This document shows, one piece after another, positions 7,816-18,288 of a stretch of 64,000 nucleotides of DNA. Numbering within the stretch: the stretch's first letter is position 1; every line of letters begins with the position of its first letter. A program made the position numbers and the translations under genes. This DNA is from Candidatus Heimdallarchaeota archaeon (lineage in GTDB: Archaea > Asgardarchaeota > Heimdallarchaeia > Hodarchaeales > Hodarchaeaceae). The DNA lies in contig JBHLSH010000007.1 in the NCBI GenBank assembly GCA_048881705.1, forward strand, positions 1-64,000, written 5' to 3'. The notes under the pieces are model-generated. The model did no database searches and had not been told where the DNA came from. It saw only the letters and a program-made list of their open reading frames with translations.

Positions 7816-10389
7816 ATGAAGGATTTATTTGATGATTTAAAGCCATTTTATAAACAATTTCTCCAGCGAGGGGTTTCCTATGGGTTATCATCGCAGGAAA
7901 TCCATGAAGCAGCGTTGAATTTACTGATTCGAATATTTGGATTGTTTTTCCTCAGAAAATGGGTCTTTAAGTTTGAAAATGGACTATTTGACAACCAGAC
8001 TGTCCGGAATGGACGCAGTTTTCTTTTAAAGTTATTGTTTCAACCTCAGTTCCGTGAGGAGATAGATCTACCGTTTATTATTCGCAATTTATTATCTAGT
8101 TCGCATTATGAAAAACAACTAAAAGATGCATTATCTCAAGAAGAATGGGACGATCTTATTTCTATCCTTTACTCTTATCGGTGGACTCTAGAGGAGAATT
8201 TTCAGCAGAAGATTACTTCCAAGCGAATAATCACACCCGAATTTCTTTCTTTTTTTTATGAGCAGATTCTCTTCGAATATGATAAATTCCTCTCATTAAA
8301 GAGCTCTATTTCTCCAAATAGAAAAAAGAAGGGCATATACTTTACTCCGTGGTTTGTAATTAGGGAAATCACCGATGAGTGCCTTGATCGGTACCGAAAC
8401 GACCAGCGCTCAAGAGATATCGGAGTTACGAGATCAGATGACGGTAAAATAACTATATTAGACCCTAGTTGCGGAACTGGATCCTTTTTGGCCTATGCCG
8501 CAGAGTCACTGTACAGGCGCTTGAAGGATAAAAAAAACATGGTCTTGGCGACATGGATCCTGCAGAATTGTATTTTTGGAGTAGAACTATCCCCAAGTAG
8601 TCTTTTGGTTGCAAAATTCCGTTTAATATGCTGGGCCCTCTCAAAAAACGAGATATCTCTAAATGACCTTCCCTCGAACATATTGATGAATTTAAAAAAC
8701 GGAAATAGTCTTTTTGGAACCTGCAAGGAATCTCTAAGGTATCCATTAGATTATGGAAATACAATTTTCTCTTTGAGCCGCGAACTAGGTAGTATAGGCG
8801 TTCTGGGATTTGATGATAGCGAAAATGACCACATCGATTGGATAAGGATAAGTTCAGCTTTGGAAAAAGCCAGATGGAGCGATAACCATCGTACCAATGA
8901 AACTGTAGCCAAAGTGGAAGCCGATTTATTATCTTTGATTCAAGTCATGTATTGGGAATTTCTGAAGAGAAAATCACCCAAGGTTCGTATAGAAGATCTA
9001 ACAGATCTTAAGCTTTTTCATTGGGAGCATGAATTTCCCCATATAATGTTGGACAAAGGATTTGATATTTGCATTGGGAATCCCCCGTATGGGAGATCCA
9101 TCCTTTCCTCTTTCCAAAAACAGCTTTGCAAATTGCTCTTCCAATCTTGCATTGGACCTTCCAAGAAGTACAGCCTGAATGCTGCTGCTGCCTTTATCGA
9201 AAGAGCAATATCGCTATTAAAACCAAGGGGATTACTAGGATTCATAGTTCCGTTTTCAATATTACGAGTTGAGGAATTTGAAGCGCTTAGAGGGTTCCTG
9301 TTAGAAACCACTCAGGTTTGGAAGATAAGAGACGAAGCTCAAGCTTTCGAAGATGTAACATTAGAAATGTGTTCATTATTTCTCCGAAATACCACCGAAG
9401 CCAATTCCAAGGTCCAGATTTATCCACGTGATCATATCAAGGCGAATTCAAAGATCCCTATTGAACCATTTAGAAAATACGCTCGCTTTATGATTTATCA
9501 CGACGAACTCTGGCAAAAAACTGTAAGAAGGGGTGAAACAAATATTGTTTCAGGAGATTATGGAATAGACCATCGTGTATTCAAAAAAGACCATGTCATT
9601 ACCCCCTCCAGAGATAATTATACGATTTCCTACCTGCATTCTGGTAGATGTGTTGCCCCATTTGGATTAAAACCCCAGTACTTTCAGTATATAAAAGCTC
9701 ATCCCCATAACCAGCGGTTTTTGACTTATTTTAATGAGCCACGCTTGATTAGTACTGCAATCGGTAACAAACTCAGGGTTGCATATAAACCTGAAAAATT
9801 TATTCCTGGAACTAACGTTTCGGTATTAGAAGTTCCCCGTTCATATCAATTCTTACCTATGCTAATTTTATTAAACTCTGATCTCCTTAATTATGTCTTA
9901 AAACGTTATATATTGAATTTTTCACGACTAACGGTATATCTTCACAAATACTATACAAAACTTCTACCCATCGTCTACCCAAAGAAATGGGAAATCGAAT
10001 TTACCAGTTTAGCCACCTGGCTTATTTTTCTATCTCAAGAGACCATTTTCGAGCGAAAAAAGGTAAAAGGGCTTCGATTTTTGCGTAGTCTGGCGAACCT
10101 ATTAGTATATGAACTTTATTTTCCCGAATCAGTAGAGGTTCATGAGCTAACGCTTGATTACGTCGGAAAATATCTGAAACCTTTGGATATCCATACATAC
10201 CTAGACCTGGTACTATCAGGACGACCACTTCACGATTCGGAGAGGGAAACCTTGGATCACCTGATACAACAAAACAGTTCAGCCGTTTATAGGGGTATAA
10301 ATTTACTCCGGCATGACGAAGTCATTAGAGAGGCCAAAAGAAATTTGCAACAAACTTCAATCGTAAAACGCATTCGTATAGAGCTGTAA
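7816..10389 (+). CDS. Large Eco57I/TaqI-like N6-adenine DNA methyltransferase (no nuclease motif recognised)
   Basis: GIYFTP, ILDPSCGTGSF, FGVEL, FHWEHEFP, FDICIGNPPY, TaqI_C-like TRD, C-terminal LVYELYF. Confidence 0.85.
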   Translation: MKDLFDDLKPFYKQFLQRGVSYGLSSQEIHEAALNLLIRIFGLFFLRKWVFKFENGLFDNQTVRNGRSFLLKLLFQPQFREEIDLPFIIRNLLSSSHYEKQLKDALSQEEWDDLISILYSYRWTLEENFQQKITSKRIITPEFLSFFYEQILFEYDKFLSLKSSISPNRKKKGIYFTPWFVIREITDECLDRYRNDQRSRDIGVTRSDDGKITILDPSCGTGSFLAYAAESLYRRLKDKKNMVLATWILQNCIFGVELSPSSLLVAKFRLICWALSKNEISLNDLPSNILMNLKNGNSLFGTCKESLRYPLDYGNTIFSLSRELGSIGVLGFDDSENDHIDWIRISSALEKARWSDNHRTNETVAKVEADLLSLIQVMYWEFLKRKSPKVRIEDLTDLKLFHWEHEFPHIMLDKGFDICIGNPPYGRSILSSFQKQLCKLLFQSCIGPSKKYSLNAAAAFIERAISLLKPRGLLGFIVPFSILRVEEFEALRGFLLETTQVWKIRDEAQAFEDVTLEMCSLFLRNTTEANSKVQIYPRDHIKANSKIPIEPFRKYARFMIYHDELWQKTVRRGETNIVSGDYGIDHRVFKKDHVITPSRDNYTISYLHSGRCVAPFGLKPQYFQYIKAHPHNQRFLTYFNEPRLISTAIGNKLRVAYKPEKFIPGTNVSVLEVPRSYQFLPMLILLNSDLLNYVLKRYILNFSRLTVYLHKYYTKLLPIVYPKKWEIEFTSLATWLIFLSQETIFERKKVKGLRFLRSLANLLVYELYFPESVEVHELTLDYVGKYLKPLDIHTYLDLVLSGRPLHDSERETLDHLIQQNSSAVYRGINLLRHDEVIREAKRNLQQTSIVKRIRIEL

Positions 10390-10513
10390 ATGGCGAAATT
10401 ACTGTTCCAGAATTGTGGAAAGCCAGAACCATTCTTAACTTTAGGGCAGTGGTCGTGATTTGGAATGAAATAGGGGGGCCGTAAATTCTTTAATTTTTTG
10501 ATATATGACATAA

Positions 10514-11497
10514 TTGATTCAAATGTTATCTGAAATTGGTGCTGCATATTCCAGAATCAAGAGCCACATTAATAAAACTCCAGTTTTAACTTCTCGTACC
10601 TTAAATAGAAAATTAGATATGAATGTATTCTTTAAATGTGAAAATTTCCAGAGAGTCGGAGCGTTTAAATTCAGAGGTGCCCTGAATGCCCTAAGCCAGC
10701 TTTCCTTATCGGAAAAACAGGCCGGGGTCATTACTCACTCGTCAGGGAACCATGCACAAGCAGTAGCCCTCGCATCGCGAGAACTTCAGATAAATGCTAC
10801 CATTGTTATGCCCGAAAATGCTCCCAAGGTCAAGAAAGCGGCTACCGAAGGATATGGGGCCAATATAGTCCTTTGTGGAAATAACCCAAATGACCGGAAG
10901 GATAAGGTTGAAGAATTAATACAGGAATTCAACTATGAGCTTATTCATCCATATAATGATTTTCGGATTATTCATGGTGCAGGAACAGCCGCATACGAGC
11001 TTTTAAAGGAGGTGGGGGATCTCGACCTAATTGTCGCACCAGTGGGGGGAGGGGGCCTGCTTAGCGGAACTTCGATTGCTGCCAAAGGATTAAATAAGGA
11101 CATTGCCGTACTAGGCGTAGAACCATTAAACGCTGACGACGCATTTCGCTCGTTTCAGGATGGAACTAGAATTTTTCCTTCTATTAATCCTAACACCATC
11201 GCGGATGGCTTAAGAACATCTTTAGGGGATATTACCTTTGATATAATTAAGCAAAACGTTGATGGAATTGTGCGGGTGACAGAAGAAGGCATCATCAACG
11301 CCATGCGCTACCTATGGGAGCGAATGAAGATAATCATTGAACCTTCTGGAGCAGTTCCGTTGGCGGGACTATTTCAACTGAAAGAAAATCCAGAAGAGTT
11401 TGATTTCGATGATAAGAGAGTGGGTGTAATCTTATCCGGTGGTAATATCGATTTAACGGATTTCTTTAATCTTTTAAGAAAAAAATTGGTTTTGTGA
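10514..11497 (+). CDS. PLP-dependent serine/threonine dehydratase (serine racemase-like, catalytic domain only)
   Basis: FKCENFQRVGAFKFRGA (PLP lysine), HSSGNHAQA, PVGGGGL, TIADGL, IEPSGA, ILSGGNID. No ACT domain. Confidence 0.92.
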   Translation: MIQMLSEIGAAYSRIKSHINKTPVLTSRTLNRKLDMNVFFKCENFQRVGAFKFRGALNALSQLSLSEKQAGVITHSSGNHAQAVALASRELQINATIVMPENAPKVKKAATEGYGANIVLCGNNPNDRKDKVEELIQEFNYELIHPYNDFRIIHGAGTAAYELLKEVGDLDLIVAPVGGGGLLSGTSIAAKGLNKDIAVLGVEPLNADDAFRSFQDGTRIFPSINPNTIADGLRTSLGDITFDIIKQNVDGIVRVTEEGIINAMRYLWERMKIIIEPSGAVPLAGLFQLKENPEEFDFDDKRVGVILSGGNIDLTDFFNLLRKKLVL

Positions 11498-12081
11498 TTG
11501 CAATGCCTGGCAAAATTTATACACGGCGTGGAGATAAAGGGTTTACGTCCCTCCTAACTGGGGAACGAGTTTCAAAAACGGATCCAAGAATAATTACACT
11601 TGGAGTCCTAGATGAACTTTCAGCAATCATCGGGGTCACCAAGAGCTTTTCATCGGATTTAATCGTTTTGGGATTGCGAGAGATACAAGAGGATATATTC
11701 CGTATGGCAGCAGAGATAGGATCCCTTAATTTAAAAGGCGTCGCAAATCTAAGAACATCAACCCAACCAAGAACAAAGTTCTCCCGGCTGGAACAGCACT
11801 CTGTGGAACATTTAGAGAATAAAATCGATGAGCTTTCCGAAAAACTTCCTACCCTTAGAAATTTTTTATTGCCGGGTGGAGCTGAGGCATCAGCTTTTCT
11901 ACACTTGGCTCGTACTGTATGTCGGCGAGCGGAAAGCGAATTAGTTAGGTTGTCTTTGATCACTGATTTAAATTTGGTTTTGATACAGTATGTCAATCGG
12001 CTTTCCGATTTTCTCTTCATATGTGCGCGGTACGTTAACTTCATTCAGAATGTTCCAGACGAGATTGTTAAAGGAAGATAG
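11494..12081 (+). CDS. pduO: ATP:cob(I)alamin adenosyltransferase, PduO type
   Basis: [47 protein letters not shown]. 4-nt overlap with the upstream gene. Confidence 0.92.
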   Translation: MIAMPGKIYTRRGDKGFTSLLTGERVSKTDPRIITLGVLDELSAIIGVTKSFSSDLIVLGLREIQEDIFRMAAEIGSLNLKGVANLRTSTQPRTKFSRLEQHSVEHLENKIDELSEKLPTLRNFLLPGGAEASAFLHLARTVCRRAESELVRLSLITDLNLVLIQYVNRLSDFLFICARYVNFIQNVPDEIVKGR

Positions 12082-12158
12082 CATATATCCCGTCTGAAGA
12101 TCTTTCTCCCAAATTGAAAGGCCACCCCATTACAAGATTATTAAAGAGGTGTTTTAAT

Positions 12159-13049
12159 TTGAATTCTCAAAAAAAATCGCCAGGTAAAAGACTTAAGGAT
12201 GCTCTAGAGGTGGAAAAACCTCTTCAGGTCATCGGTACAATTAATGCGTTAATGGCTATGATGGCCCAAAGATACAATTATCGTGCGATCTATTTATCAG
12301 GCGCGGGCGTAGCAAATGCTTCCTATGGCCTTCCAGATCTCGGAATAACAACTCTAGACAACGTAGCTGAGGATGCACGAAGGATAACGGACGTTGTGGA
12401 TCTTCCGCTACTAGTAGATATCGATACTGGGTTTGGAGCCACAGCATTTTCTATTTCACGTACTATTAAAACTTTAGAGAAAGTCGGAGTGGCAGGTGTT
12501 CATATGGAAGACCAGGAGGCCCAAAAACGCTGCGGTCATAGGCCACGCAAGAGAATTGTAACCACTGAAGAAATGTGCAATAGAATTATCGCCGCTGTTG
12601 AAGCAAAAACTGATAAAGATTTCATGGTAATGGCCCGTACAGATGCCTTGGCCAATGAAGGATTAGATGGAGCTATAAAAAGGATCGGGAGATATATCGA
12701 AGCAGGTGCCGATGCAATCTTTCCCGAAGCATTTACGACTCTGGAAGAATATAGGGCAGTCACTGAGGTATTTTCAATTCCCATACTTGCAAATATTACA
12801 GAATTCGGGAAAACTCCCCTCTTTTCCGTTAAGGAACTTGGTTCAGCTGGGGTTTCTTTTGTGCTTTACCCATTAACCGCCTTCCGCGCAATGAACAAAG
12901 CTGCTGAAAATGTATATATTACTGTTAGACGGGAAGGGACTCAAATGACACTTATCGATAAAATGCAAACTAGAAATGAATTATACGAGCTCTTAGACTA
13001 TTATCGCTGGGAAGGAATCTTGGATAAACTTCAAGGAGGGGATCGGTGA
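12159..13049 (+). CDS. prpB: 2-methylisocitrate lyase
   Basis: [53 protein letters not shown] start chosen at 12159 behind GAGGTG. Confidence 0.93.
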   Translation: MNSQKKSPGKRLKDALEVEKPLQVIGTINALMAMMAQRYNYRAIYLSGAGVANASYGLPDLGITTLDNVAEDARRITDVVDLPLLVDIDTGFGATAFSISRTIKTLEKVGVAGVHMEDQEAQKRCGHRPRKRIVTTEEMCNRIIAAVEAKTDKDFMVMARTDALANEGLDGAIKRIGRYIEAGADAIFPEAFTTLEEYRAVTEVFSIPILANITEFGKTPLFSVKELGSAGVSFVLYPLTAFRAMNKAAENVYITVRREGTQMTLIDKMQTRNELYELLDYYRWEGILDKLQGGDR

Positions 13050-14186
13050 ATGCCCGAAAGGAAATTAGAAGTAGTCGGAAATTATGAAGGATTGCGGGGA
13101 ATAAATGTAGGCTATACCAAAATCTGCCCAGTTGGAGAGGAAGGTATCGGATTATCCTACCGAGGATACCCGATCGAGATTCTTGCGCGGAACAGTAATT
13201 TCGAAGAAGTCTCTTATTTACTCGTACACGGGGAGTTACCAACACAAAAGCAGCTGAGAGATTGGAAATCGCAAATAGTCAATGCTCGGGTGATACCAAA
13301 GCAAATAATGGATCTCCTTGATAATCTTCCTCCGACAACTCACCCTATGTCTGTTTTAAGAACTGGAATTTCAACCTTGGGAACACTTGAACCAGAGAAG
13401 GATCACGAAGGAATCCCTCAAGCAATCAGAATCTTGGGTATATTACCCAGCTTAATTGGCTACTGGGAGACAAGACGGGGGATACGAGATAAACGGAACC
13501 TCTTTCATACTAATGAGGATACTATCGCTGGGTACCTGCTTCAGATGCTGACCGGAACTTCTCCAGATCATCTGGATCGAGAGATGCTAGATAAGTCTCT
13601 GATTCTGTATGCTGAACATGAATTTGCCGCTTCGACATTTGCGTTACGAGTATGTGCTTCAACGCTTGCCGATTATTACTCGTGTGTAGCTACTGCAATA
13701 GGAACTCTTTCAGGACCATTAAATGGCGGCGCTAACGAAGCTGCGATTAAATTTATGTTGCAATTCACGGATGCAGACGATGCAGAGCGCGGTGTAAGGG
13801 AAAAGCTTGCGAATAGGGAATTAATATTTGGATTCGGACATGCGGTATATGCAGGTCATGATCCGCGTTCGAAAATCATCAAGGAAATTGCTGAAAACCT
13901 CTCAAATGCACGACCGAAACTAAGAAACCTCTTTGAGATTGCGACTCGAATTGAGAATGTTATGGAAGAAAAAGGGATGTATCCGAACCTGGATTTTTAT
14001 ACCTCGACAGCTTATTATATGGCCAATATCGATATCCCCCTTTTTACTCCTATCTTTGTAGTAAGTCGTTTTAGTGGTTGGGCTGCGCATATACTTGAAC
14101 AAAGGGCCCACAATAAGCTTATCAGGCCCACAGCTGAATATATTGGGCCTATTGATAGGAATTATATTCCGATAGAGCAAAGATGA
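13050..14186 (+). CDS. prpC: 2-methylcitrate synthase-like citrate-synthase family protein (catalytic His substituted)
   Basis: [60 protein letters not shown] replaces GPxHGG. Coupled to prpB (TGA-ATG). Confidence 0.82.
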   Translation: MPERKLEVVGNYEGLRGINVGYTKICPVGEEGIGLSYRGYPIEILARNSNFEEVSYLLVHGELPTQKQLRDWKSQIVNARVIPKQIMDLLDNLPPTTHPMSVLRTGISTLGTLEPEKDHEGIPQAIRILGILPSLIGYWETRRGIRDKRNLFHTNEDTIAGYLLQMLTGTSPDHLDREMLDKSLILYAEHEFAASTFALRVCASTLADYYSCVATAIGTLSGPLNGGANEAAIKFMLQFTDADDAERGVREKLANRELIFGFGHAVYAGHDPRSKIIKEIAENLSNARPKLRNLFEIATRIENVMEEKGMYPNLDFYTSTAYYMANIDIPLFTPIFVVSRFSGWAAHILEQRAHNKLIRPTAEYIGPIDRNYIPIEQR

Positions 14187-14202
14187 CATTGGAGGTTATT
14201 TT

Positions 14203-15615
14203 TTGATAGATCCTGAACTCCTGGATATTGCAGATTATATTTTGGATTATGAACCTACTTCAAAAGAAGCGTATAATACCGCCCGGTTGTGTTTAATGGA
14301 CTCCATAGGGTGTGCTGTACTTGCTCTTCGTTTTCCTGAATGTACCAAGATGTTGGGACCTATAGTTCCTGGAACCATTGTTCCTGACGGAGTACGTGTT
14401 CCTGGAACTCCGTATGTCTTGGATCCATTGACAGCAGCATTTAATATTGGTGTTCTAATTCGATGGCTGGACTATAACGATACATGGCTAGCTGCGGAAT
14501 GGGGGCACCCCTCTGATAATTTGGGAGCTATTCTTGCGGTAGGAGATTATCTTTCAAGAAAAAAGACTAGCCAAGGGGAGGAACCAATGAGAATGCATGA
14601 CATCTTTACCTGGATGATCAAAGCATACGAAGTTCAAGGGGTAATGGCCTTAGAAAACAGCTTCAATCAGAAAGGTATCGATCACGTCATTTTGGTTAAA
14701 CTCGCGAGCGCCGCAGTCGCAGCTGGTATGTTAGGCTGCACCAAAGAACAGATAGTAAATGCGATATCCCAAGTTTGGGTTGATGGTGGAGCAATTCGGA
14801 CATATAGACATGCTCCCAATACTGGAACGCGAAAAAGTTGGGCCGCTGGAGATGCTACGAGCCGAGGGGTGTTCTTGGCCCTTCAATCGCTCCGTGGGGA
14901 AATGGGATATAAATCGTGTCTTTCTGCTCCAACTTGGGGATATTACGATAGGATTTGGAATGGAGAACAATTCAAATTCCAAATGCCCTATGGATCTTAT
15001 GTCATGGAGAATGTACTCTTCAAGGTTGGCTACCCCGCTGAATTTCATGGCCAATCCGCTGTCGAAGCGGCAATAAGGCTTCATCCATTGGTCAAGAATC
15101 GGTTGGATAACATTGATCGCATAGAGATCGCGACTCATGAAGCGGCCATCAGGATAATTGACAAAAAAGGCCCACTCCAAAATCCTGCGGCTCGTGATCA
15201 CTGCCTCCAATATATGGTCGCAATCGCTCTTATGAAGGGTAACATCGTATACGAAGACTATGAGGACGAAACAGCAAACAATCCACTGATTGATGAACTG
15301 AGAGAGAAGATGAAGGTATACGAGGATCCAACCTTCACTAGGGATTACCATGCGCCGGATAAACGTGCCATAGCCAACTCAATTCAAATTATCTTTGAGG
15401 ACGGATCCCAAACCGAAAACATCCTAGTTGAGTATCCTTTGGGCCATCAGAGACGACGACCTGAGGCGACTCCGATGTTGGAAACGAAGTGTAAAAACAA
15501 CCTCCTTACTAGATACGTTACTGGCAAGGTTCAAAAAATCATGTCTTTGTTTCAAACCCAACAAATGTTGGAATCGATGCCTGTTACGACATTCATGGAA
15601 CTCCTAGCGGTGTAA
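14203..15615 (+). CDS. prpD: 2-methylcitrate dehydratase (MmgE/PrpD family)
   Basis: [65 protein letters not shown]. Confidence 0.94.
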   Translation: MIDPELLDIADYILDYEPTSKEAYNTARLCLMDSIGCAVLALRFPECTKMLGPIVPGTIVPDGVRVPGTPYVLDPLTAAFNIGVLIRWLDYNDTWLAAEWGHPSDNLGAILAVGDYLSRKKTSQGEEPMRMHDIFTWMIKAYEVQGVMALENSFNQKGIDHVILVKLASAAVAAGMLGCTKEQIVNAISQVWVDGGAIRTYRHAPNTGTRKSWAAGDATSRGVFLALQSLRGEMGYKSCLSAPTWGYYDRIWNGEQFKFQMPYGSYVMENVLFKVGYPAEFHGQSAVEAAIRLHPLVKNRLDNIDRIEIATHEAAIRIIDKKGPLQNPAARDHCLQYMVAIALMKGNIVYEDYEDETANNPLIDELREKMKVYEDPTFTRDYHAPDKRAIANSIQIIFEDGSQTENILVEYPLGHQRRRPEATPMLETKCKNNLLTRYVTGKVQKIMSLFQTQQMLESMPVTTFMELLAV

Positions 15616-15703
15616 GCCATAATATTCCAGAATCGAAATACATTTCCAATAAACTCTGCTAGGATAAAAGGACCATAAAGCTAGACTTTGAAAAACAAAT
15701 TTT

Positions 15704-16303
15704 CTAGCTGAAAAAGATATCTAGTGACTTGAGTATTTTCTCCTTTGGCACAGTGTTCTTCCATTTTTTTGCTAAACTCTTTATACGTTTTGACTGCTTA
15801 CGTCCTCTGATGATCTGGGATTGTGCGAAGTTTTCCCACAATGTCTGATAATTCTCCTCACTCAAGTCATTCAGAATCGAAATCTCAGGAAGTGAACTTT
15901 CTAGATCCCCAAGAACTTCACCTAATGATTGGTCAGTTGATAGAACCCGTGATGCTGTGGGTGTCCAAAATGTACCTCTCTGTGACTCCAATATGATAAT
16001 AAACTCTGGAAATCTCTTTTTGAAAAAGAATAAAAGTTCTTCTTCGTTCCGATGCTTCATTTTCTTCGTTTTTGCGTATAAAATTCCATGCTTTGATATA
16101 GATGGCCGTAGGAAAGCTTTATGAGAATGTAAATCCGCATCCACTTCTCGACTCATCGCTACCGCCTCTTTGGCAATTTCATTACCAACATTTTCCAAAA
16201 TTACCTCGGGAACAGACTTCACTCGATTAAAAAACTCTTCTGTTATATCCTTGTGTCTGGATAAAGAATCCAACACTTTTTTTCTTTTAATTTTTCCGTA
16301 CAT
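15704..16303 (-). CDS. DUF4130-like putative DNA metabolism protein (partner of the radical SAM protein)
   Basis: Lies directly downstream of the radical SAM gene. DLHSHKAFLR, FFKKRFPEFII and EENYQTLWENF resemble the DUF4130 pattern. Confidence 0.6.
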   Translation of the reverse strand: MYGKIKRKKVLDSLSRHKDITEEFFNRVKSVPEVILENVGNEIAKEAVAMSREVDADLHSHKAFLRPSISKHGILYAKTKKMKHRNEEELLFFFKKRFPEFIIILESQRGTFWTPTASRVLSTDQSLGEVLGDLESSLPEISILNDLSEENYQTLWENFAQSQIIRGRKQSKRIKSLAKKWKNTVPKEKILKSLDIFFS

Positions 16304-16324
16304 AACTCTTACCCTTCGAATGTT

Positions 16325-17497
16325 CTAAAGAAATTCAGTAATTCTTGAGTATCTTCTCCCTTTAACTATTAGAAATGGTTTTGCTCTTTTTACTATGACT
16401 CCCAATTTTTTCAAATCTCCTATATAATGTATCTCTCTCTTAACTCTTCTAAGGTTAATGATTCTTCTTGCGGATATTTCTCCAATTCCAGGAACACGAA
16501 GGAGTTCGTTATATGAAGCTTCATTCACATCTAATGGAAAAAGATCATCTCTAGCGGCCAGTGACATCTTTGGATCGATGTTCAATGGGATCATTTCTGA
16601 GTCATCCAAGATCGTATAGATATCTCCCACTTGATAGTTATATTTTCGAAGTAGCCAATCGATTCTATAGAGAAAGTGTTCTCTTCTTCTGGGATTGGCG
16701 GATATTTCCCTATTACCTAATGGTGTTCCCTTAATTGGCGTAAAGTGCGAGAAATATCCACGTTTTAAATTGAGGTATTTGTATTCCCAATAAAGTCTCT
16801 CAATAATCTCACGATCGGTTTCGCCTGTTGTACCAACTATAAATTGCGTGGTTTGACCCGCAGGAACTAGTCCCCTGCGAATGAATTGAGAGATTTGCTT
16901 CTGACACCTGATTATATCGTTATGATAATCTTTCATACTGGAGACTTCAGACAAACGGGATGAGCTTGGGAGCTCGATATTAAGACTAACCCGATCAGCC
17001 AATTCCATTATCCGCTTGATGTATTCCTTATCTGTTCCCGGAAGCACTTTGATGTGTAAATATCCATGGAAAAGATACTTTTTACGAATTAGGTTCAGAG
17101 CTTCGATCATCTTTTCAGTGGTATACGTAGTATTACGGCAAACTCCAGAGGATAAGAAAAGACCTTCAACGTAATTTCGGATGTATAATCCCATAAAAGC
17201 TCGTGCTAATTCAGTAGGTTTGAACATAACCTTGGTTTTGGCCTTGACGGAGTTATTCACACAATATGCACAATCATAAATGCATTCATTAGTCATCAAT
17301 ACCTTGAAGAGACTGATACATCTGCCGTCAGGGGCAAAGGCATGACAAATGCCCATTTTATCCGTGTTTCCTATTCGATTATTTCTAGAAACATTTCTAG
17401 GTGAAGCCATTGATGCACAGACATCAAACTTGCTTGCCTCTCCAAGGATTTCGATTTTTCTTTCCAGGGCACCCATAAAAGGCATTTCTCCCTGCAA
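16325..17497 (-). CDS. Putative DNA modification/repair radical SAM protein with helix-hairpin-helix
   Basis: GICHAFAPDGRCISLFKVLMTNECIYDCAYC (CxxxCxxC), YVEGLFLSSG, AGQTTQFIVG, REHFLYRIDWL, HhH LLRVPGIG. Likely start ATG at 17485. Confidence 0.9.
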   Translation of the reverse strand: MQGEMPFMGALERKIEILGEASKFDVCASMASPRNVSRNNRIGNTDKMGICHAFAPDGRCISLFKVLMTNECIYDCAYCVNNSVKAKTKVMFKPTELARAFMGLYIRNYVEGLFLSSGVCRNTTYTTEKMIEALNLIRKKYLFHGYLHIKVLPGTDKEYIKRIMELADRVSLNIELPSSSRLSEVSSMKDYHNDIIRCQKQISQFIRRGLVPAGQTTQFIVGTTGETDREIIERLYWEYKYLNLKRGYFSHFTPIKGTPLGNREISANPRRREHFLYRIDWLLRKYNYQVGDIYTILDDSEMIPLNIDPKMSLAARDDLFPLDVNEASYNELLRVPGIGEISARRIINLRRVKREIHYIGDLKKLGVIVKRAKPFLIVKGRRYSRITEFL

Positions 17498-18288
17498 TAT
17501 CTTTCAAGAAAGTACGATTAAGCTAGAAACTATATTTCAAAAGGTTTTATAGGGCTTTAGTAAAAGCTATATCGAGTTTATGGGAAATTTAAAGGAAGAA
17601 AATAGTTACATTCATCATTTCTTGAATGTAGTTAATGTGAGAAATCAATTAATGCTCCCATGATTCCGAACTCAAGCATAGTATTCGCCTCAAAATCTGA
17701 ACAAAAGTATACGTCTACTTAAATGCCATTTTACCATTTACTCCTGATTAAAGTACTGTTTAGCCCAATTCTTATTAACTAGGAAAAGAAGGGGTAAAAA
17801 TCTAATTCATAAATGTCCTTTTCAATAATCATTGGGCTAAGGAGACTTTATTTCGGCCAAGATCGCCCAGATTAAGGCAATTGGAATAATATTTCCAAAT
17901 GACCAGATCAACAATTTATTTGAATCCTTGGACTTATATTCTCTCGAAAATTGATCACGCATAATCCCAAAAGTTGTATCAATCATTGATGCTAAGTATT
18001 GGAATTTGCAGCCCAGTGGTGCATATGATGAGACTAATTTATGTCATCTGATTAGAGTTCAGAGATATAATCGTCGAAAGTCAATTTTTTTCGTTTTAAT
18101 CTATCATTTGACTAATTCCTATCAATAGTTATTGAGAATACGGTCTGTTTACAATGTAAGAAGGAGATTGGACGTAAAGCGATTGCAAAGTAATCAATGT
18201 TCTCCCGTTAAATTTAAAACAAACCGTTTTCTCTCGCTCCATGATTTTCGATCAAAGCTAAAATGGTTCAGAATTTCCTTCGCATGAA

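Noticed and set aside
7816-10389. Calling the large MTases BREX PglX, DISARM or complete type I/IIG systems
   Set aside because: No brx, drm or hsd partner genes are present, and I could not identify a nuclease motif.
14731-15351. Long antisense ORFs (also 3289-3699, 11517-12044, 18846-19334, 39727-40542, 42507-43046 and many 60-110 aa ORFs)
   Set aside because: They lie wholly opposite or inside well-supported genes and lack motifs, so they are best explained as codon-bias shadows.
17837-17986. 49-aa minus-strand ORF with a hydrophobic C-terminus in the 17.5-18.3 kb spacer
   Set aside because: Short, with no RBS and no recognisable family. It may be a remnant but cannot be supported.
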